From sequence record SRR22947725_2486: 20,000 nucleotides of DNA. One strand, given 5' to 3'. Positions within the stretch are counted from its first letter, which is position 1; each line of letters begins with the position of its first letter. The notes below the pieces were generated by a model. The model saw only the letters and a list, made by a program, of their open reading frames with translations. It was not told the DNA's origin and did no database searches. Positions 1-7,296 of this stretch are shown here, piece by piece. A program made the translations under genes and the position numbers.

Positions 1-232
1 GAGGGCAAACCAATTTCCGTCCCCCCAAATGAGGCTCTGGTTCAGTACTATATCCCCAGTCATAACGAGCCATATTCATTGGATAACTTAACGCCCCTGG
101 CATCTGAATCAATGGCCCTGCGTCACTACCTCCATATTCAATAACGATAACAGAAGCTCCCGCCTGACTAAGACGAAACGCCATAGCGCACCCAGCACTT
201 CCAGCACCAACTATTACAAAATCTGCTTGCAT
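1..232 (-). CDS. betA: Choline dehydrogenase (GMC oxidoreductase), 5' part; runs off the left edge
   Basis: Not in the ORF track. Manual translation from ATG at 232: [77 protein letters not shown]. It has the FAD-binding GAGSAG motif, and IQMPxALSYP..YDWGY..EPEPHL is typical of alphaproteobacterial BetA. Confidence 0.85.
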   Translation of the reverse strand, partial: MQADFVIVGAGSAGCAMAFRLSQAGASVIVIEYGGSDAGPLIQMPGALSYPMNMARYDWGYSTEPEPHLGGRKLVCP

Positions 233-337
233 GATTTTTCCAAAAACTTCCTCGCAGGTTACTATAAAATTTTTTTCATACAAATTAATTAATGACCTTA
301 ATCATAAATCTTAATCAAGTTCTTAAATTTTTTGTTC

Positions 338-1078
338 TTAAAAATCTGGCACTTCTAAATAATCTGAAACTGGTATTTTTAATATCCCTTTAATACATAA
401 AGCATTTTGGTCATACTTTGATAGGTTAGAGATTGCTGTTTCAATAGCTGTAAAAACTAATTCTGAGTCATGTTTCAAGGAAGTTATATATGGGAGGCCC
501 GGCGTAACTGGCTTTGTTACTTCGAGAACTCGCAATTCTGACGCGAACGCATCATGCTCCTGAATAAGTTTCCAGGATAAGGCGTCTAACGCACCAAAAT
601 CTGCTTTACCGTCAGCTATCATTTTTGCTGAATCACGATGACTCCCAGACTTTACCCGATTTAATAGGTGCAATCCTTTCTTAGCGGCATGAACTAACGG
701 TGCAGCATATCCCGACTGTGATATTTCTTCGTTAAACGCAAACTGTTTGTGAGACAGATCAGAAAGATCATTACCAATTTCATTTTTTCTAACAACAATA
801 CAACTATAGTAATAACCTGGTAGACAGTTTCCAAGATCATAGATTGGTGTACCCACGAGATTCACTTTTTCGTGTAGAAATTTTCGATAAGGCATTCCAC
901 AAGTTTGACTGAGAACAAGGTCTGGATCTGTCCAAACCGCCATAACCTCTTTATCTTGGTTTAATTCTCTTGGTGCATTAATACCTAACTCCATCAAATT
1001 TTGATTGATAAGTGACCAAAAGCGAGCATGTGCTTCCATAAGTTCGGGACGTTTATACATTTGAAGGCTAGCAATCAT
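338..1078 (-). CDS. PhnD/phosphonate-binding-like periplasmic-binding-fold protein with no evident signal peptide
   Basis: 246 aa ORF with LSQTCGMPY, YYSCIVVR, AFNEEISQSGY, SGSHRDS and ADFGALD segments, characteristic of the PhnD-like (Phosphonate-bd) family. The N-terminus has no hydrophobic stretch. Confidence 0.7.
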   Translation of the reverse strand: MIASLQMYKRPELMEAHARFWSLINQNLMELGINAPRELNQDKEVMAVWTDPDLVLSQTCGMPYRKFLHEKVNLVGTPIYDLGNCLPGYYYSCIVVRKNEIGNDLSDLSHKQFAFNEEISQSGYAAPLVHAAKKGLHLLNRVKSGSHRDSAKMIADGKADFGALDALSWKLIQEHDAFASELRVLEVTKPVTPGLPYITSLKHDSELVFTAIETAISNLSKYDQNALCIKGILKIPVSDYLEVPDF

Positions 1079-1121
1079 TATTTTAAACCTAAAATTGGTA
1101 AAGCAATAAGAATGTCATTCA

Positions 1122-1148
1122 CTGGAATGGAACATTTCCATTGGCCAG
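1122..1148. other. Intergenic stem-loop
   Basis: CTGG-AATGGAA-cat-TTCCATT-gg-CCAG: a 7-bp perfect stem plus a 4-bp extension after a 2-nt bulge, lying between the desaturase stop and the PhnD-like start. Confidence 0.4.
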
Positions 1149-1181
1149 CTTTTAAAAAAAACCTTATGTCTTTCCGCATAT

Positions 1182-2129
1182 TTAAACTGCCTTCTTAATT
1201 TTTTTAATGTAGTCATTTGTGAATACAATATATCCGTTTTCAGTATGCACTAGTTGGTCACGAATTATCACATGTAAGTCAGGTAATTTATGGAATGGTA
1301 CCATTGGATTTATGTGATGTTCAGTATGGTAAGGCATATTCCAAGCCAAGAAACAAATGAGACGATTGGTGAAAGTAGTGCGTGTATTCTCAAGTGCATT
1401 GGCTACATAAGGGCAAAGTCCATGCTCTGCTAAAAGATAAAAACGTAAAAAGGGTTGACCTAGTAATAATGGGAAAATCCATACCCAAAACAGAGTAGAG
1501 AAACCAAACCAATATGCTGAAGAAAAAGCTATTGTATAAATTAAAACTAGCCAACGAGATTCCTTAACAATACGACTTTCAACTTTTTTAGGTATAAAGT
1601 CCGCGGAACAATAGCCAAAAGTATTTTTTATAATTGTTTTAAAATGTCCAACCCAGGTTGGAATTCCTGATACATGCCAGATAAAAGTTCCCATTGATTT
1701 AGGTTTTTCGACCTCTAGCTCCGGGTCCTTACCTGGCACCTGTGTATGGCGGTGATGCGCCAAATGAAAATACTTAAACCAAATGACTGGAAGGAATATC
1801 ATAAACCCACAAATCTTAGCTACCGTATCGTTCACCCAACGAGTTCGAAATGGAGTCTGGTGTACGGTCTCATGTAGTAATGTAAAAAGAAACACTATGC
1901 TGATGCCTTGAGGCACCATAATTACCTGCCAACCAGGTATTTTTAAATATATTAAAAATCCGAATACGAGAATAAGTGACCAATGCACTGCAAAATGTTT
2001 TAGACCAGGGCCATTTAGCCTTTCTGTAAGAGTTTTATGAGTTTTTACTGGAAGAGCTTTCAAAAGTTCCTTATCGCTTGCCAAGGATACGCTAGCATTT
2101 CGATCACTAGTTTTAGAAGCATTACTCAA
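1182..2129 (-). CDS. Fatty-acid-desaturase superfamily membrane di-iron enzyme (MocD/rhizopine-oxygenase-like)
   Basis: Three His boxes (HETVH, HLAHHRH, YHTEHH) plus LAEH, with hydrophobic transmembrane segments. ENTRT..TN..LAWNMPYHTEHH is typical of the MocD-like group. TTG start; the exact start is uncertain. Confidence 0.85.
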   Translation of the reverse strand: MSNASKTSDRNASVSLASDKELLKALPVKTHKTLTERLNGPGLKHFAVHWSLILVFGFLIYLKIPGWQVIMVPQGISIVFLFTLLHETVHQTPFRTRWVNDTVAKICGFMIFLPVIWFKYFHLAHHRHTQVPGKDPELEVEKPKSMGTFIWHVSGIPTWVGHFKTIIKNTFGYCSADFIPKKVESRIVKESRWLVLIYTIAFSSAYWFGFSTLFWVWIFPLLLGQPFLRFYLLAEHGLCPYVANALENTRTTFTNRLICFLAWNMPYHTEHHINPMVPFHKLPDLHVIIRDQLVHTENGYIVFTNDYIKKIKKAV

Positions 2130-2165
2130 ATCGTACCGCCATATAACTACTCATAAGTTTTATTA

Positions 2166-3320
2166 TCAACTGTTTGCGCGTTCAAGTGCTTGCTCAAGAT
2201 CACTAATTAAGTCATCTGCATCTTCTATTCCAATCGACAAACGTAAGAGGTTCGGGTGGACAGGAAAATCTGGACCAGAGACAGTCGCTCGGTGCTCAAT
2301 TAAACTTTCAACACCACCCAATGAAGTTGCTGGATAAAACACATTACAGAAACGAGTAACATCTATAGCTGTTTTTTCATTACCTTTAACAATCATGGAC
2401 ATCATTCCACCATACAGCCCCCCTGTTTGGTGTTTCTGAATTTTATGACCAGTATGGCCTACTAAACCCGGATAAAGGACTTCTTCAATAAGTGGGTGTT
2501 CATTAAAATAGTTTGAAATACGAAGTGCATTCTCAGTAGCGCGTTCAACACGCAGAAATAAAGTTCTCATACCTCTAATTAACAAGAAGGCATCGAAGGA
2601 TTGTAAGACAGTCCCCTGTAGTTTTCGGGTGAGCGCAATATCCTCCCAATACCCTCCAGTATCTCGAACCGATAGAGCACCAGCAGTGACATCAGAATGA
2701 CCGTTTAAATATTTAGTTGCTGAATGCATTGAGATGTCCGCTCCAAAATTTAATGCCCTAGTTGCACACGGTGGAGTACCGGTACAATCTGTCAAAAGTT
2801 TTGCACCATGAGCATGCGCAATTTCGGCTGCCTTTGTAATGTCAGTAACAGCCCAATCTGGATTGTTCGGGGTCTCGGCCCACACCAATGTTGTGTCACC
2901 TTGAATACTATTACTTAAATCACTTAAATCACCTGCTTCATAATAAGAAACGCGCAATCGGTTTTTTTTTGCATAAGATTGAAATTGGTGTAAGACACCG
3001 TGATACATCGCTTTTGGAACAACAACATGGGCATTTTCTTCAAGATGATCGATCACTGCTGTTGCAGCTGACATCCCAGAAGAAAAAAGTAGCGTATCAG
3101 TTGCTTCTTCTAAATCAGCAATAATTGCTTCAGCATGAGATGTTGTTTCATTGCCATCCCGTTTATAAAAATAGGGTTTCCTGATATCATAGTTTTCGTC
3201 ACGAGCATATGTAGCAGAAGACTGTATTGGTGGAATTATTGCCCCTGTTTCTGGATCGAGATAACGTAATGCTTGGGTAACTCTAGTTACAGCTGAAAGT
3301 TTCTGATTAGTTTTAGACAT
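2166..3320 (-). CDS. PLP-dependent trans-sulfuration family enzyme (cystathionine gamma-synthase/lyase-like)
   Basis: Motifs PPIQSSATY, FSSGMSA, WAETPNNP, HSATKYLNGHSDV (PLP lysine), RGMRTL, SLGGVESLIEH and LLRLSIGIEDADDLISDL. Confidence 0.9.
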   Translation of the reverse strand: MSKTNQKLSAVTRVTQALRYLDPETGAIIPPIQSSATYARDENYDIRKPYFYKRDGNETTSHAEAIIADLEEATDTLLFSSGMSAATAVIDHLEENAHVVVPKAMYHGVLHQFQSYAKKNRLRVSYYEAGDLSDLSNSIQGDTTLVWAETPNNPDWAVTDITKAAEIAHAHGAKLLTDCTGTPPCATRALNFGADISMHSATKYLNGHSDVTAGALSVRDTGGYWEDIALTRKLQGTVLQSFDAFLLIRGMRTLFLRVERATENALRISNYFNEHPLIEEVLYPGLVGHTGHKIQKHQTGGLYGGMMSMIVKGNEKTAIDVTRFCNVFYPATSLGGVESLIEHRATVSGPDFPVHPNLLRLSIGIEDADDLISDLEQALERANS

Positions 3321-3359
3321 GTTTGAAGGAACCTTTATTTAAATAATTACATATTCTTG

Positions 3360-3941
3360 CTATTGTTTAGACCAAATTGGCTTAGTATCAAATTCATTCC
3401 GCCAAACAACATATGCCATAACTGGATGTTTGTAGGTCTCCAGAGCATGGGGCACATTTGATGGATGAAGCATATGATCACCAGGTGTTAAAATTTGTGC
3501 CTCCTTTCCCTCAACCGAAAACTTAGCTTCTCCAGCAAGAACGACATATATTTCTTCTGCTGGATGCTCATGAAATGGATAATAAAACCCTGGTGGCTGA
3601 TATACTACAAAGCTCCGCATTTGCTTACTACCAAAAGGTGCATCACGCCCAATGATTTCATAACAAGCAAACCTATCTAAAAAGTTAGAGTCGATTTCTG
3701 TTCCTTTATAAGTCTCACGCCACATCATGTGCGGTGAAGCATCTATCAATGCATCACGGAAATTCTCAAAGTGTTCTGTATTCAATCCTTTTTCTGCCAT
3801 CAAAACGTCTGCAGCAGGCACCCAGTGCGGTTTTATTTCCTTTGGAACTATATCAGATGGAAAGGAAATAAAATCTTTTAGTCCGTCATTATTTTCATGC
3901 AATAATTTAACTTCATCATATAAGGCTTGAAATTCTTTCAC
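3360..3941 (-). CDS. dddQ: DddQ-like dimethylsulfoniopropionate lyase (cupin)
   Basis: 193 aa, GTG start with AGGA just upstream. Cupin motifs YYPFHEHPAEEIYVVLAGEA and HPSNVPHA, plus WRETY..FLDRFACY and VVWR, closely recall roseobacter DddQ. Recognised from memory, not aligned. Confidence 0.8.
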   Translation of the reverse strand: MKEFQALYDEVKLLHENNDGLKDFISFPSDIVPKEIKPHWVPAADVLMAEKGLNTEHFENFRDALIDASPHMMWRETYKGTEIDSNFLDRFACYEIIGRDAPFGSKQMRSFVVYQPPGFYYPFHEHPAEEIYVVLAGEAKFSVEGKEAQILTPGDHMLHPSNVPHALETYKHPVMAYVVWRNEFDTKPIWSKQ

Positions 3942-3982
3942 TAGCTATCCTAAAATTTTCAAAAATCGTTTTCTTCCGGAAA

Positions 3983-4012
3983 AGGCTATATTGTCACTTT
4001 CAACGTGGCAAT
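3983..4012 (-). promoter_or_regulatory. Putative sigma70 promoter for dddQ with an overlapping dyad operator
   Basis: Minus strand TTGCCA (4011-4006), 17-nt spacer, TAGCCT (3988-3983). An imperfect inverted repeat ATTGTCAC-N7-GTGGCAAT at 3990-4012 covers the -35 box and spacer. Confidence 0.45.
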
Positions 4013-4082
4013 CACTTTTTTTTACCTTTAATATATTTAAATCTATGTCGTATTAAATTCTTTATGTTAGTTAATAGTAACT

Positions 4083-4607
4083 CTAAGCCTCTCCCCGAGC
4101 AGGGTAATTTTTTGATAAAATAAACTGAATTGACTCAAGAAGATCTTTAAAAGATGATCTCGCGAACGGCATAGATTGGATCGAAATATAATATAAAGTA
4201 TTATCCCCACGAACTAAAAATATTGCTGGTTCTGGAAAAAAATCAGGTTCGTGAATGCCTGCCGAAGTCATTCCATTTCCCTTTGAAATATAGAGCCCCC
4301 ACTTGCGTGCAGTTTGTATTCTCAGATTATAAGCGTGCCTTAATGAATTTAAACCTAGTTTTTCTGACATAGCTGTCGCACGATCAACATTATCGCTTGA
4401 TATCGCTATTGTATCGACACCTAGATTTTCAAATTCAGAAAGAAGTTCAACTAATTTTGTTAGGTAAGTTACGCAAATTGGGCAGTGTAGTCCTCTAAAA
4501 AATACAAGCATTGTAAAATGCCTTGGAACCTGTTTAATAAGATCGAATTCTCCGTGCCGCAATGTCGGTAAAATTAACTCTGGAGCTTTTTGATTTGGAT
4601 ATAGCAT
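4083..4607 (-). CDS. AhpC/TSA-family peroxiredoxin-like redoxin
   Basis: FFRGLHCPIC CxxC motif, IAISSD, ARKWGLYIS, EPAIFLVR and QSMPFAR..YPARG C-terminus. Confidence 0.85.
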   Translation of the reverse strand: MLYPNQKAPELILPTLRHGEFDLIKQVPRHFTMLVFFRGLHCPICVTYLTKLVELLSEFENLGVDTIAISSDNVDRATAMSEKLGLNSLRHAYNLRIQTARKWGLYISKGNGMTSAGIHEPDFFPEPAIFLVRGDNTLYYISIQSMPFARSSFKDLLESIQFILSKNYPARGEA

Positions 4608-4821
4608 TATAATGTTTTCCTTAATGAGGGTTTAAACTTAAAACCAAGATTGCCTCTTCTAAATCGGTAAGGTAGCTAAGGTCGATATCGTTACTAAACT
4701 TAAGGTTAAGCATACTCTACAGACAAATAATATATTAAACAAACCAAAGAAATGCATATGAATAGTCCCAATGTGTGCACAGCACTTACCTATTTAATAA
4801 AAGCCTGACAAAATTAAAATT

Positions 4822-6015
4822 ATGAAAACTTATGCAGCAAAGACACCACCCCATCTGATTACACTAATTATTCTTACATCTACTTCTGTATTAGCGATGA
4901 ATATGTTTTTACCGTCTCTCACAAACATGGCGGCTGAGTTTTCTGTTTCGTATAGTGTAATGAATATTTCTGTGGCAGGTTATCTTGCAATCACAGCCAT
5001 CCTACAAGTTATTTTGGGACCACTTTCAGATAGGTTTGGACGAAGGCCAGTTTTATTAGGAAGCATTCTAATATTTTCCCTAGCTTCTTTATTTTGTGCT
5101 TTATCATCTAATATTTGGATTTTTTTAAGTCTAAGGATACTCCAAGGGGCAATAATCTCTGGTATGACACTCTCTCGGGCGATAGTGCGAGACATAATGG
5201 ATCCCAAGGATGCTGTTAGAGTTTTGGGAACAATAGCTATGGCAATGGCGGTTGCTCCAATGCTTGGACCTGTCTTAGGAGGAGTTTTTGATGAAGTTTT
5301 TGGTTGGAGGGCTATATTTTGGTTTTACTTAGGCTTGGGACTAGTTTTATTTGTACTTACTTGGGCCGACTTGGGTGAAACTAATAAAAATACTTCAGCC
5401 ACATTCCGGAAACAATTCTCCACATACCCTGACTTACTTCGCTCAGGCCTGTTTTGGGGTTATTCGATATGTCTATCATTTGGTATAGCATGTTTCTACG
5501 CTTTTCTATCGGGAGCCCCTTTAGTTGCTGATAAGGTACTTAATCTACCACCTTCTCATCTAGGCTTTTATATGGGCTCGATAACTGGAGCATTCTTAGT
5601 CGGTAGCTTCATTTCAAACCGCTTAGCTAAACACACAACCTCAACCAAACTTGTTTTAGCTGGTCGTACAATATCAGTTTTAGGTCTTTCTTTAGGGTTA
5701 ATAATAGTGATGTTCGGGAATGTTTCCTCGCTTTCCATTTTTGGTTCCACACTCTTTATAGGTCTGGGGAATGGGATGTCATTACCAAGCTGTTACGTGG
5801 GAGTCATGAATGTTCGTTCAGACTTAGCTGGCAGTGCTGCTGGTTTATCAGGTGCCATGGGTGTTGCAGCCGGTGCAATTTTGGCAACAATGATGGCTGC
5901 TATCTTAACAGAAAATAATGCCGCTTTTGGCTTTTTATCTTTCTTACTCGTCGCAAAAATCATTAGTCTTGCTGGGGCAATACTAGCACATAATTTAGAA
6001 AGAAAAATTAACTAG
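4822..6015 (+). CDS. Bcr/CflA-family multidrug-efflux MFS transporter
   Basis: About 12 hydrophobic segments; NMFLPSL (motif D), GPLSDRFGRRPVLL (motif A), RILQG (motif B), APMLGPVLGG..GWRAIF (motif C). Confidence 0.9.
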   Translation: MKTYAAKTPPHLITLIILTSTSVLAMNMFLPSLTNMAAEFSVSYSVMNISVAGYLAITAILQVILGPLSDRFGRRPVLLGSILIFSLASLFCALSSNIWIFLSLRILQGAIISGMTLSRAIVRDIMDPKDAVRVLGTIAMAMAVAPMLGPVLGGVFDEVFGWRAIFWFYLGLGLVLFVLTWADLGETNKNTSATFRKQFSTYPDLLRSGLFWGYSICLSFGIACFYAFLSGAPLVADKVLNLPPSHLGFYMGSITGAFLVGSFISNRLAKHTTSTKLVLAGRTISVLGLSLGLIIVMFGNVSSLSIFGSTLFIGLGNGMSLPSCYVGVMNVRSDLAGSAAGLSGAMGVAAGAILATMMAAILTENNAAFGFLSFLLVAKIISLAGAILAHNLERKIN

Positions 6016-6027
6016 TAGAAAACTCAA

Positions 6028-7212
6028 TTACCAAGTTTTGTTAATCGCATCAGTAATAAAAGTGTTTAATTGGCTTTTACTGATTGGTCTCGGATTTGTA
6101 GGAAAGCAAATATCATTTACTACCATTTCAACAAGTTTATCTATATCTTGAATTAAAACTCCTAACTCCCCTAAACTATGAGGAATCATAAATTCCTCAT
6201 AAAGGGCTTCAATCCAGTTTATTAAACCTTGAAAATCTTCACTATCTGCGCCACATGCTCTAGCCAAATATTTCACTTTACCTTTAATTTCTGGATAATT
6301 GTATCGTAACACTGCCGGCAAAATTACTGCGTTAGTCAGACCATGTGGGGTATTATACAATCCACCGACCATGTGACTAATAGAGTGGACCAATCCTAAC
6401 CCTTTAGTAAAAGAAACAGCAGCTAAGCATGATCCAACCATCATTGCTCCCCTTGCCTCAATATCATTTCCGTTACGGTAAGCAGTCTTTATAGTTGGGC
6501 ATATTAGTTCTAATGCCTGAAGGGCTATACCATCACATATCGGGTGAAAAGTTGGAACTGAGTACGCTTCAATAGCATGAACAATTGCATCAATACCCGT
6601 CCAGGCAGTAAGGTTTTTTGGCAATGTAAGGGCAAGTTCAGGGTCCAGAACAGCTGCTAATGGCCAATATTCTGGATGATAAAAAGCTTTTTTCTCATTA
6701 CTCATTGTATGAGTAATCATAGCTCCTGGCTCCACTTCAGCACCTGTTCCAGTCGTAGTTGGAACACAAATAAGAGGAGCGAAACGGTCAAATTTCTTAT
6801 TGGCCTGTACTTCATTAAGCATATCAAAATCCCAAAATCTATCAGGACTTCTATACGCTGATAATGCTATTGCTTTTCCGATATCTAAAGAGCTTCCACC
6901 ACCAATAGCAATAATACCATCACAACCTTCACGAATGAAAATTTCACATCCAAGAAGACTTTCCTTATCAGTTGGGTTCGGTGAGAAATCTGAAAATAGA
7001 AAACACGTTAAGTCCTCACTCATCAACATTATTATTGCTGAGTTAACAAAGTTTAATTTTGCTGTTTCTGAATCTGAAACAATTAAAGGTCTTTTTATTC
7101 CCACTTTTTTTGCAATACTTGGAACTTTGTTTATACTGCCTGGCCCATAGTGTATCGGAATTGGGAAATTCCAAAGGGACTGCTCTAGCATATTACTTTT
7201 AATTTCTAACAT
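6028..7212 (-). CDS. Iron-containing alcohol dehydrogenase
   Basis: GGGSSLDIGK, PTTTGTGAE, DAIVHAIEAY, LVHSISH and PHGLTNA motifs (NAD and metal ligands). Possible alternative start at 7191. Confidence 0.92.
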   Translation of the reverse strand: MLEIKSNMLEQSLWNFPIPIHYGPGSINKVPSIAKKVGIKRPLIVSDSETAKLNFVNSAIIMLMSEDLTCFLFSDFSPNPTDKESLLGCEIFIREGCDGIIAIGGGSSLDIGKAIALSAYRSPDRFWDFDMLNEVQANKKFDRFAPLICVPTTTGTGAEVEPGAMITHTMSNEKKAFYHPEYWPLAAVLDPELALTLPKNLTAWTGIDAIVHAIEAYSVPTFHPICDGIALQALELICPTIKTAYRNGNDIEARGAMMVGSCLAAVSFTKGLGLVHSISHMVGGLYNTPHGLTNAVILPAVLRYNYPEIKGKVKYLARACGADSEDFQGLINWIEALYEEFMIPHSLGELGVLIQDIDKLVEMVVNDICFPTNPRPISKSQLNTFITDAINKTW

Positions 7213-7296
7213 TATCGAGATTTTTACCTAGTTTCATAATTTTTTTCTCATACGAAATAATAATGACTTTATAGAATAGTATTTTTTAAACATTTT

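Noticed and set aside
280-320. Possible BetI operator upstream of betA (ATTAATTAAT palindrome)
   Set aside because: Low-complexity AT palindrome expected by chance; no convincing match to a BetI box.
338-1078. Phosphonate uptake or C-P lyase locus
   Set aside because: No phnC, phnE or phnG-M genes in the window, and the protein lacks an export signal.
2888-3930. Small plus-strand ORFs (2888-3124, 3495-3680, 3727-3930)
   Set aside because: Antisense shadows of well-supported minus-strand genes, with no recognisable motifs.
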